A DNA stretch of 58,672 nucleotides, filler included, from an uncultured bacterium (GCA_964449065.1; 4 parts of 4 records of this genome joined end to end with filler, not necessarily neighbours in it), one strand, 5' to 3'. Positions 39,386 through 50,032 are shown, counted from the whole stretch's first letter. Made by a program: numbers and translations. Notes: generated by a model from the letters alone, not told the origin.

Positions 39386-40462
39386 TTAGCCTCCATGGTT
39401 TGGGGTACTTCTTTCTTCCGTGCGTTGGGTATTGGCATAGACGATTTCCCCGTTTTGCAAATTGGCGAAGGGGCCAATGCTCATGCCGGGCGGGATCGTG
39501 CATCCCCGTAAATACGAACTGTTAATTCGGCAATCGCCGCCGATATCGCAGTTTTCAATCTGTGTCAGCGGACCGATCTCACATCCCTGGCCGATTTTGG
39601 TTTTGCCCACCAAATGGCTGTTGGGATTGATAATCGTATCCATCTCAATCAACACGCTGTCATCGATAAAGGTACTTGCCGGGTCAATAATTGTCACTCC
39701 GGAAAGCATCAAACGTTTTAAAATCCGGTCGCGCATAATGCGTTCGGCCTTGGCGAACTGCACGCGGTCATTAATCCCCATGGTTTCGGATGGATCTTTG
39801 GTGACGTATGCTTCCACCCGTTTTTTCTTCTTCACCATGATATGAATCACATCGGTAAGATAATACTCTCCTTGTTCGTTGTTGGGGCGGATTTCTTTTA
39901 ACGCTTCAAATAATTCTTGACTGTCAAACACATATGTACCGGTGTTGATTTCGTTGACTTTTTTTTCATAGATATTGGCATCTTTGTCTTCTACAATCTT
40001 TAATACCGCGCCGTCTTGATGCCGTAATATTCTACCGTACCCGGACGGATTCTTCATCTTCGTCGTTAAGATCGTCGCACTGGCATCTTGGTGGCGGTGG
40101 CGTCCCAACAGTTTTTCAACCGTGGTTCTGGTCAACAGGGGCGCATCGCCCACCAACACCATCACATCCCCGTCAAAGTCTTTGAACATCTCTTCGGTGA
40201 TGATGACGGCATGGCCCGTCCCTTGCCGCTTTTCCTGCAAGGCAAACTCAACATCATAACCGGACAACGCATCGCGAATGGTTTCATGAGAAAATCCGAC
40301 TACCACCACCTGTTTATAATCCGATAACCCCTCAATCGTACGCAATATATGCACAATCATCGGCCGCCCGCAAATCCGGTGCAGTGATTTGGGAATCTGC
40401 GAGCGCAAACGTGTACCATCCCCAGCGGCTAAGATAACGGTTCCCAAAGATTTTTCAGCCAT
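39386..40462 (-). CDS. glmU: GlmU-like UDP-GlcNAc pyrophosphorylase with shortened left-handed beta-helix (358 aa)
   Basis: LAAGDGTR..S..PK, GTGHA, YGRI, GEYYLTD, GINDR; ends soon after IGPFANL. Confidence 0.85.
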   Translation of the reverse strand: MAEKSLGTVILAAGDGTRLRSQIPKSLHRICGRPMIVHILRTIEGLSDYKQVVVVGFSHETIRDALSGYDVEFALQEKRQGTGHAVIITEEMFKDFDGDVMVLVGDAPLLTRTTVEKLLGRHRHQDASATILTTKMKNPSGYGRILRHQDGAVLKIVEDKDANIYEKKVNEINTGTYVFDSQELFEALKEIRPNNEQGEYYLTDVIHIMVKKKKRVEAYVTKDPSETMGINDRVQFAKAERIMRDRILKRLMLSGVTIIDPASTFIDDSVLIEMDTIINPNSHLVGKTKIGQGCEIGPLTQIENCDIGGDCRINSSYLRGCTIPPGMSIGPFANLQNGEIVYANTQRTEERSTPNHGG

Positions 40463-40635
40463 AGTCTCAAACAATTCGAATTCTGACTTATAATAAAGTG
40501 CAATAAGAAACTTCCACTTCGGCACAAACGTCTTATTTATATTTCGTTAACCCGTTTCGTCAAGGTGTTTTACAAGACAGTACGTGATATTCGGTTCAAG
40601 AAACGACTGTTAACAAAGAAAAAAAGGAGTATTTC

Positions 40636-41505
40636 ATGAAAGAATTACATCTACATAACTATTTTGTATTATTGATGTTAGTCTCACTTTTATTTGCCTT
40701 ATCCGCTGATTCCTCCATCAACCGTGAAAACAAAACCACCCACTATGGTGTGGGCGAAGAATTTACAGTCTATCTACCTAACATTCAGCCGGGATTGAAA
40801 AACTTGGTCATGGTAAAGATTCCGGCAGGAACATTTGAAATGGGGAGTCCTCCATCCGAACCGGGTCATGAAGAAAACGAAAGTCCGGTTCACGAAGTTA
40901 CTTTATCAAAAGACTTTTATATGGGAAAATACGAAGTGACCCAAGCCCAGTGGCTGGCATTGATGGATGAAAACCCTTCTACGGAGATCGGCGGTAACCT
41001 TCCAGTCAATAAAGTTAGCTGGATTGACTGCCAGGAATTCATCAAACGTCTCAACCAATACTCCAACCAAAGCAACTTTCGCCTGCCGACTGAAGCCGAA
41101 CGCGAATACGCCGCCCGCGCCGATACCACCGGCATCTCCTACCTGGGCGATGACCACAACCGCGAAACCATGATGGAGCACGCTTGGTTCCGCAACAATT
41201 CCGAGGGCTATCTTCATCCCGTAGGCGAATTAAAACCCAATCCGTGGGGGCTTCACGATATTTTCGGCAATGTGTGGGAATGGTGCCACGACTGGTACGT
41301 CCCTGCGTATCCCGATGAAGCACGAATCAACCCCTCCGGCCCCAAAAGTGGCGTGGAAAAAGTCTTTCGCGGCGGTTCTTGGATGGCGCGATTTGATTAT
41401 CTTCGTTCAGCCGACCGGGGTAAATTCACCCCCGATAACCGCCGCAATACCGGCGGGTTTCGCCTCGCCTGGTCTGAAGTAAATATAGGAGATGAAGAGA
41501 AGTAA
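40636..41505 (+). CDS. Exported FGE-sulfatase (SUMF1-like) domain protein
   Basis: FEMGS, EVTQ, RLPTEAE.EYA, GNVWEW, RGGSW, GFR; signal peptide. Confidence 0.88.
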   Translation: MKELHLHNYFVLLMLVSLLFALSADSSINRENKTTHYGVGEEFTVYLPNIQPGLKNLVMVKIPAGTFEMGSPPSEPGHEENESPVHEVTLSKDFYMGKYEVTQAQWLALMDENPSTEIGGNLPVNKVSWIDCQEFIKRLNQYSNQSNFRLPTEAEREYAARADTTGISYLGDDHNRETMMEHAWFRNNSEGYLHPVGELKPNPWGLHDIFGNVWEWCHDWYVPAYPDEARINPSGPKSGVEKVFRGGSWMARFDYLRSADRGKFTPDNRRNTGGFRLAWSEVNIGDEEK

Positions 41506-41563
41506 ACAGAGAGAGAACCAAGTAGGCTCAACTGCAACCCACTGTTTTTTTGCAAGCGCAAGA

Positions 41564-41851
41564 TTATTTAAATTTCGCAGTGGCGGTTTTAACGGCATCG
41601 CTGAGATCATCCCAGGCTTTTTGGATACCTGCTTTGAGTTCTTCCCAGGCGTCTTCGCCCGCGTTTTGAAGTTCCTGCAACTTCTTTTGGGCGTTTTCTT
41701 GCTTGGTTTGCAGCTCTTGTACCTGCTTTTCATACTCCACTTTCGCGTCGGCTTCGACCTGTTCAGCTTTGGCTTTAAGTTTATCGATTTCGGCGCCCCA
41801 TTCATCCAACTGGGCTTTAATTTTATCTTGATAGGCTTGTTTCATGCTCAT
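41564..41851 (-). CDS. Small coiled-coil protein (Sll1863-like)
   Basis: KQAYQDKIKAQLDEW.AEIDKLKAKA...AWEELKAG. Confidence 0.75.
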   Translation of the reverse strand: MSMKQAYQDKIKAQLDEWGAEIDKLKAKAEQVEADAKVEYEKQVQELQTKQENAQKKLQELQNAGEDAWEELKAGIQKAWDDLSDAVKTATAKFK

Positions 41852-42130
41852 GGCTGTACCCTTCTTAGTCATAGAATTTTAATCTCTTTAACACCATATC
41901 AGTCGTAAATGATTATGGAATGCTAAAACGTTATCCGATGGATGGAATGTCTGGTTGTAAGGATTATCAACCATGTTGAAGAGCCTTTCATGAAAAGTAA
42001 GAATGACGAGCCTTCGAAAAATCAAAAATTGTCCCTGCGTTTTCTAAGAAGCCTCCTCTCTCTGATATAACAAGTTGATGAGACCGATGCTTCAATCAAC
42101 ATCGGTGCCGGGTTGGATGCTGCACCCATC

Positions 42131-42233
42131 ATACCACTTCCAATTAGGATTGTTAATTTAGCGCGGCGATAAGCCTCAACGAAATAAGGTCTTAGCACCT
42201 TTCTTACCTGACAATCCTAAATAATATCGGTAT
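42131..42233. mobile_element. 103-bp MITE-like element, family A copy 2
   Basis: ATACCACTTCCAATTAGGATTGTTA ... TGACAATCCTAAATAATATCGGTAT; homologous to 654-756. Confidence 0.7.
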
Positions 42234-42277
42234 AGAATCCTGTTGGGCAAGATCATGCTTCGCCCACACGCGTTCTG

Positions 42278-43603
42278 TTAATTGGATTCCGGCAATGCGA
42301 GCATGGCATCGGAAAGGCGGATGCACTCCAGCATGGCACGACCGTTGTGATAGGGAGACTTCCAGGCACTGGCTTTGCTGCCGCTGGGGGTGCCTTCTGT
42401 TTCGATGGAACTAAACCAATCGCCGTTTTCCCAATCCACTTGTTTGGTGTTGATCCAATCCAGGGTTTTGTTGTAGGTTTCTAAATATACGTTATCTCCT
42501 GTCAACTGGTACATGGTTAACGCGCTCACCAATCCCTCCGCCTGCACCCACCAGACTTTCCGTTTTTGATCCGCCGCGGAATGAAACGCACCTGTATCGT
42601 AAAAGCCGCCGCTTCGGCTATCAAAACCATATTTCAGAGAGTATCCAAACACTTGGCGGAATAAATCCATCAATGGAGCGGTTTCAATGCCGGCCGCGTC
42701 GCAGGCTTCGCGCAGCAGCCAGATGTTTTCGATATCGTGCCCGTACGATACCCGGTCGTATTGCGGCCCGCGAAGGGGTACCCAGTTGGGATGATATTTA
42801 TCGGTGCTGGCGGGCAGTCCTTTGCGGATGACGGCACTGCTTTCAATCATGATCAGTTCAATCAAGCGTTCACGGCAGATGGGATCGCTGAACGTTTGAT
42901 AGTAGGTTGTGAATGCTTCCAGCAAATGAAGATGAGTATTCATCAATTTGATATGAGGCTGCACACCCATGTAGTTGTCGGAAGAGGATGGCAGCGGCAT
43001 CCAATCACGCTGGAAGGATTCGTTGTAGCCACCATGCTCTTGATCGTGAGCGAAGTAATCCAAATGACTGAAGAACGTTTGTGCCAAAGATTTCGCGCTT
43101 GGATCATTGCTGACACGCGCGTATTCAGAAAGGGCATACAGGGCGAAAGATTGGCCGTAGAGATGCTTGTCCGGCTTGGTGGCAACCGCGCCGGAGTTGT
43201 TTACTTCCCAAAAATAGCCGCCGGATTGCAAATCGCGCATTTTGGCGGTGAAAAACTCATAGCCGTGTTGGGCGGCTTTCAGATGTTCCGGTTTGCCAAA
43301 GGGGCTGCGGTAGAGGCGGGAGAAAAACCAAACGGTGCGTGCTTGGGTGACCAGCGCTTTGTTGGCCCGGCCGGTGAGTTTGCCGTTGATATCGTGGTTG
43401 AGCATATAGCCGCCGTCTTGTTCATCAATCACGTTCGGGTACCAAAAGGGGATGATATTTTCTTCAAGAATCTTAACCAATGTCTCGCGGGCTTTGCTGA
43501 GGGCTTCTTTATCTTCGTTTGAAATGGTGGTGATTTCGGCTTGGATTGCGGCGGACATGATCAAGCAAAGGAATAAAAGGGTGAGTAAGCGAAGAATCGG
43601 CAT
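42278..43603 (-). CDS. AGE family epimerase (cellobiose 2-epimerase-like) with signal peptide
   Basis: QARTVW, MNTHLHLLEA, SYGHDIE, WWVQAE, WKSPYHNGR. Confidence 0.88.
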   Translation of the reverse strand: MPILRLLTLLFLCLIMSAAIQAEITTISNEDKEALSKARETLVKILEENIIPFWYPNVIDEQDGGYMLNHDINGKLTGRANKALVTQARTVWFFSRLYRSPFGKPEHLKAAQHGYEFFTAKMRDLQSGGYFWEVNNSGAVATKPDKHLYGQSFALYALSEYARVSNDPSAKSLAQTFFSHLDYFAHDQEHGGYNESFQRDWMPLPSSSDNYMGVQPHIKLMNTHLHLLEAFTTYYQTFSDPICRERLIELIMIESSAVIRKGLPASTDKYHPNWVPLRGPQYDRVSYGHDIENIWLLREACDAAGIETAPLMDLFRQVFGYSLKYGFDSRSGGFYDTGAFHSAADQKRKVWWVQAEGLVSALTMYQLTGDNVYLETYNKTLDWINTKQVDWENGDWFSSIETEGTPSGSKASAWKSPYHNGRAMLECIRLSDAMLALPESN

Positions 43604-43711
43604 GTGACGGCTCCTATCTGATAAAAGGCGGTATTTTCGGGCGCTTACCGGAACGGTGCGCGGCATGTACAATCCTACAATAATTTTTCAAATCTGTAGA
43701 GGAAATGGGTA

Positions 43712-44056
43712 ATGAAAAAAATAGACTCAAACGCGATGGGTTGGTCGTTAGGCGATGCCGGGGTGAAGTACATGCAAAAGGGACCGGGATACGAATGGGG
43801 TATTGTGAAACTGAAGCCGGGGCAGTCATCCGAAGACTACGGACTGCACATTCATCATATTGTGGAAGAAACCTTTTATTTTATGCAAGGCTCTCCCAAG
43901 TTTGTGATTCAGGGAGAAGAACACCGCGTGAAGCCGGGCGAGGCGTATGTGATTGAGCCGTATGACAAACACAATTTGATCAACGATACACAAGAGGATT
44001 GTGTGGCGGTGTTTATGAAGTATCCGTTTGATCCATCGGACCGGCATGAGGTTTAG
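43712..44056 (+). CDS. Cupin domain protein
   Basis: HIHHIVEETFY and PYDKH metal-binding motifs. Confidence 0.85.
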   Translation: MKKIDSNAMGWSLGDAGVKYMQKGPGYEWGIVKLKPGQSSEDYGLHIHHIVEETFYFMQGSPKFVIQGEEHRVKPGEAYVIEPYDKHNLINDTQEDCVAVFMKYPFDPSDRHEV

Positions 44057-44156
44057 CGCGTTTCAGAGTTGGATAGACAGAATCTGCCGTTGTTTTCCCC
44101 TTTATTAAGGGGGGTAGGGGGGATTAAAGACGATCTCTTTCTATCTACGCAAACCT

Positions 44157-44256
44157 NNNNNNNNNNNNNNNNNNNNNNNNNNNNNNNNNNNNNNNNNNNN
44201 TTAATTAATTAANNNNNNNNNNNNNNNNNNNNNNNNNNNNNNNNNNNNNNNNNNNN
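44157..44256. other. Artificial contig linker
   Basis: N44-TTAATTAATTAA-N44. Confidence 0.97.
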
Positions 44257-44489
44257 TCTTCAATATCGTAATGGCAATCCACACAAGAAAAATCGGCGTG
44301 AACGGATTGTTTAAACCGCTCTTGATCGACAAAGACAAGCACTTCTTCTCCTGCGATTTCGCCGTATAGTTCATCATCGCTGTGGCATTCCATACAGGTG
44401 GCGATATCCGCAATGTCTTGTGCAAACGTTCCTGATACCATACCCAAAAATAAGAATAGATAAGAGTATTTCTTGATCATATTATCCAT
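44257..44489 (-). CDS. N-terminus of a multiheme cytochrome c, truncated
   Basis: Signal peptide; CMECH and SVH...CVDCH heme motifs. Confidence 0.8.
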
Positions 44490-44707
44490 CTTTCATGCAA
44501 ACGTTTTGTAATTCAGTCCGCAAAGTGAAAGCCTGTTTTTCTTTTAAAGTTGTTCGGCTTATTCAATATTGCCATCAGATTTTAATGCGCATACAACTAT
44601 GGAAAACCCGACAATAATAGTATACATCATTATCGTTTTATCTCAATAATGACGGCAAGTATTTCGCATATTTTTCGGCAATAAATGGATTGTCCTCACC
44701 GGCGGGT

Positions 44708-46525
44708 TCATTTGAAATTATTGGAAAAAAAGGGTTTTGCCATCGAAGCAAAAATGGCCATATCGACTAAATGTCCACTGGCTGAGGCGGTGTATGAATC
44801 CAAGAACCATTCTTCATCTCGTATCCCGGCGCTGATGTGGACAGGAGTGAGGAGGGGCCGAATATCATCCCGCAGTTGCCGCAGTTCGGTTTGCAGTTCC
44901 GGCCGGGAACGGTGGCGTTCGATTTCCATCACCAGCCATTGGCCGAACCAGTCTTTGGTGAGCACTCCTTTAATTTGGGCATTTGATTCAACAGAAGCAA
45001 GACCCTCGCGTATGCTGACAGACCGCCGGTTTTTTCCCGCGGGATCGCTGTTCATTTCTCCAAAATAATTTTTCCCCGCGAGGGGGGAATCGAACACATA
45101 ATAAGAAGCATCACGCTCCATCATGACCAATTCACTGCGGCCCAGTGATTGAGCCAAGGGGGTATTCGCCAATGAATAATGAAGAGCAGGGATACGCCCG
45201 ATTTCAATTTCTTTTCCTTCTATCCGGGGGCTGTTTTGCAAGCGGTCGATCCAACTCGGTTTGTCTTCCGTATTCATGATTCGCAGCGCGACAGCGGGCT
45301 GGTTGTCTAGCCAGCCAAAGACGTTTAACCCTACTACAGATGATGGAGGAAATAGATGAACCATTCCAGGATAGCCCCATACCGTTGGAGTTTCGCTTCG
45401 ACTCCGGTTTGCTGCGTTGGTGCGGTCACGTCTATTATTTCTTTCACGAGTATTTCTTTCACGAGGCCGGGGATTCCGGTTGCTTTCTTCGGCATTGATT
45501 TCCTGTATGGGAGCAACGGACTTGGACGCGTTCATGACCGGTACATGAAACGCGAGTTCCATCATGCCCATGGGGTCTTCGGGTGTGAACGGAAAGTCCG
45601 GCAGCGGATTCCAACTTTTGATCCATTGGGGAAAGGCTTTTCCTGGAGCGTTGATGGAAAGGCGGACACCTTTCTCTTCGAGTTGATAAGCCAGAACCGC
45701 ATTGCGGATGCCGAATCGGGCAAGCATTTGGGGGATGAATCCCGGCAGGGCCATGGCCGCGGCGCCCTCTTGCGCGGAATTCATATAGACCGCAACAGCC
45801 GCCTTGGGATAACGGTTTACCGTCTCCATTCTTGGATTGCTCATTTCCTTCCGGTTGGGAGGAAGGGGCTGATTGAACAGAGCAGGGAAGCCGGTTGTAT
45901 GATTGCTGAACCATACGATATCCCCGGTTTGAAGGCCGATCATTTCACCGAACGGGGATTGGATGATATGAAAGGAATGTCCCTGCAATTCTTGTTGAAT
46001 GATTTTGGTGTCCGGAATTATTTCTTTCCAAAAATGGAACAAAGGGTGTGTTGATGCTTGGCTGACATCTTGGACACGGTAGGCCGCGGCGAATTTTTGA
46101 GTCGGGAAATTCGGCTGCGGCGGGAGAAGAAAGATATCCAAGGTTTCGGCGTTTTGATAGAGGTATTCTACTGTTTCGGTCGCGCGGTTTGGCAAAGCGG
46201 CACTGAGGTCTTCCAAGATGGTTTGGATGGATGGCAATTTCCACAAGGCTTCGAAGCGGTTCTCGTTTTTGCGGAGGAGACGGCAATCGATGCTTAGCCA
46301 TGCAGGCGACGTATTGGGCAGAATGGAGTCGTAAAGTTCCATTGCTGTGATGGGTTGGGTTCGCCCCCGCTCCGGTTCTTGCGCGTTTTGGTTGGAATCC
46401 GGGTTGGCCGATTGCTCATCCTCGATGGATTGCGGCGCATTCGAGACCCATGCGTTGAGGGTATACCCGGCAGCCAAGCCGGCGATAAAAATCAATAGGA
46501 TAATCGCGATAAAATTTCGGTTCAT
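44708..46525 (-). CDS. Hypothetical membrane-anchored protein at the end of the T2SS operon
   Basis: 605-aa ORF, N-terminal TM, 11 bp after gspD. Confidence 0.7.
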   Translation of the reverse strand: MNRNFIAIILLIFIAGLAAGYTLNAWVSNAPQSIEDEQSANPDSNQNAQEPERGRTQPITAMELYDSILPNTSPAWLSIDCRLLRKNENRFEALWKLPSIQTILEDLSAALPNRATETVEYLYQNAETLDIFLLPPQPNFPTQKFAAAYRVQDVSQASTHPLFHFWKEIIPDTKIIQQELQGHSFHIIQSPFGEMIGLQTGDIVWFSNHTTGFPALFNQPLPPNRKEMSNPRMETVNRYPKAAVAVYMNSAQEGAAAMALPGFIPQMLARFGIRNAVLAYQLEEKGVRLSINAPGKAFPQWIKSWNPLPDFPFTPEDPMGMMELAFHVPVMNASKSVAPIQEINAEESNRNPRPRERNTRERNNRRDRTNAANRSRSETPTVWGYPGMVHLFPPSSVVGLNVFGWLDNQPAVALRIMNTEDKPSWIDRLQNSPRIEGKEIEIGRIPALHYSLANTPLAQSLGRSELVMMERDASYYVFDSPLAGKNYFGEMNSDPAGKNRRSVSIREGLASVESNAQIKGVLTKDWFGQWLVMEIERHRSRPELQTELRQLRDDIRPLLTPVHISAGIRDEEWFLDSYTASASGHLVDMAIFASMAKPFFSNNFK

Positions 46526-46536
46526 ATCACCATCCG

Positions 46537-49302
46537 TTATTCTTCGGTTCCGGTTTTAATTTTCAGATTGGGGACTTCTGGCAGCATATCTTGAAACTGC
46601 CCCAGCCGTTCCTGCTGCCGCTGTAAGATTTGCAAGCGGTCCTCGAATCCATCTACCATATACGGGGTAATGAACGTCATCAGCTCCGTATTCGAGTGCC
46701 GTTTGCCTTTGGATTTGAATAAATTCCCCAATAGGGGAATATGCCGCAATCCGGGAATTCCGTTTTCGGTGTCTTGATACGTCGTATTGATGACACCGGA
46801 TAGAACGGCGGTTTCTTCATGATCAACAGACAGAACGGTGTTGACCGTGCGGCGGGAAAACGCGGGGATTTGGGTATCATCGACCGTGAGGGAAAAGGAA
46901 TCCAGAACCTGGCCGGTTTCTAAGGAGACCTCGATGGTTACTTGAGTGGCATCATTGATGTGTGGTTTGACCGTCAGTTGCAGCCCGACATCCCGAAAGT
47001 CGATTCCTTGTTGGGTGGTGACATTGCCTTGTGATACTTGTCCTAAAACCGGGACTTCATTGATGACTTCGACAAAGGCTTCTTGGTTATCGCGGGTAAA
47101 AATATTGGGGCGGGCGACCACTTTGGTTTTGTCGCTGGAAGAAAGAAAATCCAATACCGCGTCAAATTGAGCTTGTCCAAGAACCGCGGCACGACTGGTG
47201 TTGATATTCGAAATCGGGGCGTCCAACGTGCTTTCTACCGTGATGGGAATATTGTCAGGCCAATCAATGCCCAATTGATTGTCGTCGACATCGATAATTT
47301 CTACAATAAGGACTTCCACCAAGATTTGGGCGATGTCTTGATCGAGTTCATTGATGAGGTTTTCCAGTTGGGGGAAATATTGCGAACTGGTGGTGACCAG
47401 CAGGGAATTGGTGCGGGTTTCTGAAACAATGCGCACATTGCCGATCATGTGGCTGATGGGTTCTTGCCGGTTGGAGGATTGGTTGCCGAACCAGAAGAAG
47501 TTGCCGCCCTGGTTGCGGGTCTGGTCTTCTTCAAACAGCTGATTGAGTTGGGTGGCAAGGTATTCGGCATCGGAATTTTTAAGTTTGAAGACTCTGGTAC
47601 CACTGAATTCCGGGGCGAGGCGGTCTAATTTTTGCAGCATCTTTTCCACTATATCAAAGGCGCGGGGCACGGCCGCGACTACGATGAGCGCGTTGGTCAT
47701 GGGATCGGGGATAAATTTGACCTTGCCGCTAAGGCCGGTAAGGCTGGTGGAACCGGCAACCCCAAAGTAGAACGGCCCGCCGAATGTATTTTGATCTTCG
47801 GAGAAGACTTCGTTTAATATAGCCGCGATGTCGTTGGCCCGGGCGTTGCGAATGGGGAAAATGCGGGGTTCTTCCTTGGAATCCGGAAGCGGCCGGTCCA
47901 GGGCTTCGACCAGTTCGCGAACCATCGGCATTTGGGCGGGTTTAGCTGTCACAACGACCGCGTTCAGCCGTTGATCTTCTATGATGGTAACATCACCGCC
48001 GCCGCCATCGCCATAGCGCCAGTAATAGTAGTTGTTGGTATCTTGTTCTTGAACCAGTTCTTGCAGCATTTCACTCAGGATGATGGCATCGGCATTTTCC
48101 AAAATGAACACTTCGGTGACTTTGTCTTGCGACTTGCTATGATCCAGCGTATCGATTAACTCACCAAACGCCTGCACATCTTCTTCATACGCGGAAACGA
48201 TAACCGTGTTGGATCGGGTATCCGCAACGATAACAGGCCGGTACACGTTGGTGGTGATGGAACTCGCCAGTTCGTTTAAATTCTGCGCGATTTCCGAAGC
48301 ATCGCCGTTTTCCAATTGAAAGGTTTTCCGCACCAAATTATCGGAAGAAGGGATATCCAGTTTGGTGATGAATTCTTCCACTTTATCTAAAGCATCACTC
48401 GGTGCGGAGACAATCAATGAGTTGGTGGTGCGGTCGGCTAATACCTCAACCAAGGCTTGATTTTTGCGTTCGTTGGCGTTTTGGCCGGAGAGGTAGGAAC
48501 CGACAACATTTTCCAATACTTCATCCAGGTCACGGCCGATATCTTGCGCGTTGAGATATTTTAAACGGAACACCTTGATGGATACCCCATCCATGATTCC
48601 TTTTTTATCCAACTGTTGAATGATGCTTTGCAGGCGAAACACATTGGCGGTTGTATCTGTTATGATTAAAGACCGGGTGCGGTCATCGGCGATGATATTC
48701 GCGTTTTCGGAAACCAACGGCTGGAGGGCTTCTTTGAGTCGCGAGGGCAGGGCATTGTTGACTTGGATGACTTGGCTTTTGACGCGCGAACCGAAGGTGG
48801 TATCGGGCGTGCCGGTTTCGACATCGACTCCTTTTTGTTTGGCGGTGCTGACGGGCAGCACAATCAGGACAGAGTCGGTTTCGATGAAGGTGAAGCCTTT
48901 GAGCATAAAGGCGGTGTCGATGATGGCCATGGCTTCGTCTTTGCTGACTTCATCGGGATTAATGATGGTGAACTGCCCGTTGACCTGGTCATCTTTCAGG
49001 ACGACTTTTTTGGTTAAATCGCTGATGAACTTCAACACCTGATCGATGGGGGCGTTGTTGAAGTTGAGTTTAAATTTTTTTTCACCGTCTTCGCTGGAGG
49101 GTTGGGCGCTTTCGCCGTTGGGCACGAATACGTTGCCTTGTTTGAGCAGGTCTTGGATGGTTTCGGCCATCAAGCCGCCCAGGCTTTTTTCTTCGGTTTG
49201 CTCTTGCGGCTGCGGATTGGTTTCTTGCGCGAACGGGGTTGTCTCAAACAGCAGTAATGCGGTGAAGACTATCCCTATTTGAATTGTTATTTTGTTCTTC
49301 AT
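46537..49302 (-). CDS. gspD: Type II secretion secretin
   Basis: N0 domain, multiple D.RTNSL N-repeats, secretin core DVGLQLTVKPHIN, IPLLGNLFK. Confidence 0.93.
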   Translation of the reverse strand: MKNKITIQIGIVFTALLLFETTPFAQETNPQPQEQTEEKSLGGLMAETIQDLLKQGNVFVPNGESAQPSSEDGEKKFKLNFNNAPIDQVLKFISDLTKKVVLKDDQVNGQFTIINPDEVSKDEAMAIIDTAFMLKGFTFIETDSVLIVLPVSTAKQKGVDVETGTPDTTFGSRVKSQVIQVNNALPSRLKEALQPLVSENANIIADDRTRSLIITDTTANVFRLQSIIQQLDKKGIMDGVSIKVFRLKYLNAQDIGRDLDEVLENVVGSYLSGQNANERKNQALVEVLADRTTNSLIVSAPSDALDKVEEFITKLDIPSSDNLVRKTFQLENGDASEIAQNLNELASSITTNVYRPVIVADTRSNTVIVSAYEEDVQAFGELIDTLDHSKSQDKVTEVFILENADAIILSEMLQELVQEQDTNNYYYWRYGDGGGGDVTIIEDQRLNAVVVTAKPAQMPMVRELVEALDRPLPDSKEEPRIFPIRNARANDIAAILNEVFSEDQNTFGGPFYFGVAGSTSLTGLSGKVKFIPDPMTNALIVVAAVPRAFDIVEKMLQKLDRLAPEFSGTRVFKLKNSDAEYLATQLNQLFEEDQTRNQGGNFFWFGNQSSNRQEPISHMIGNVRIVSETRTNSLLVTTSSQYFPQLENLINELDQDIAQILVEVLIVEIIDVDDNQLGIDWPDNIPITVESTLDAPISNINTSRAAVLGQAQFDAVLDFLSSSDKTKVVARPNIFTRDNQEAFVEVINEVPVLGQVSQGNVTTQQGIDFRDVGLQLTVKPHINDATQVTIEVSLETGQVLDSFSLTVDDTQIPAFSRRTVNTVLSVDHEETAVLSGVINTTYQDTENGIPGLRHIPLLGNLFKSKGKRHSNTELMTFITPYMVDGFEDRLQILQRQQERLGQFQDMLPEVPNLKIKTGTEE

Positions 49303-49336
49303 TCTATTATCCCCTACTTAATGGATTTTCCATTTT

Positions 49337-50032
49337 TTATCTGCCCCGTTGCTGCCGTATTTGATCCCTCATGGCGCGGCGTTGATCCGGCGACATGTTG
49401 CGGATTTCTTCTACCCGGATGGCCATGCCCGGGCTTCTTCCTCCCATTCCCCCCATCATGACCGGCGGCTGTCCACCGGGTTGATCCGGCTGAGGGGCAT
49501 TTGCGTTGGCGGCTGATGGCGGCCGGTTGTTACCGGGCGGACGCGGCGGCCGGTTTTGCGGCGGTCTCATCCCAGGCCTTCCACCGCTTCCGCCTTGGGT
49601 TTGGAACATCATTAACGTGGTGGGTTGGTCTTTGTCATCTTCTTGAATAATCACGTGATCCATGGCGATTTCTTTAACTTCGGCTTTGCCCACTTTATCG
49701 CCGACTTTGGCGTTTTGACCGTTGATGATGGCATAATCCATTAGGATGGCGGTGAGTTGATACTGAACGTCTTCTTTTTTAAAGATATTCTTTGCGGGTT
49801 GTTTGGGCGGTTGGTTTTGGGATTGTCTTTGCGCGTTATCTTCTGTTTTGTTGGGCGTAGTATTTAGGTCTTCTGCCTGGGCGATTAAGGAATCGATGCG
49901 GCGGAAATCCAGAAGGGTTGTGACGCAGGAATACACCTGTATCAGCAGCAGCAGGATGAGAATGCCCATCAATCCACGCCACCAGTGCACGCGCAGGATC
50001 AGTTCCAATTGTTCTATCCTGGGATGCTTCAT
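49337..50032 (-). CDS. GspC-like protein (TM, HR-like domain, Pro/Gly-rich tail)
   Basis: TM, LTAIL..AIING..KVGD; position before gspD. Confidence 0.55.
   Translation of the reverse strand: MKHPRIEQLELILRVHWWRGLMGILILLLLIQVYSCVTTLLDFRRIDSLIAQAEDLNTTPNKTEDNAQRQSQNQPPKQPAKNIFKKEDVQYQLTAILMDYAIINGQNAKVGDKVGKAEVKEIAMDHVIIQEDDKDQPTTLMMFQTQGGSGGRPGMRPPQNRPPRPPGNNRPPSAANANAPQPDQPGGQPPVMMGGMGGRSPGMAIRVEEIRNMSPDQRRAMRDQIRQQRGR

Noticed and set aside
40636..41505. True formylglycine-generating enzyme for the nearby sulfatases
   Set aside because: Has RGGSW without the catalytic Cys pair and carries a signal peptide; FGE fold only.
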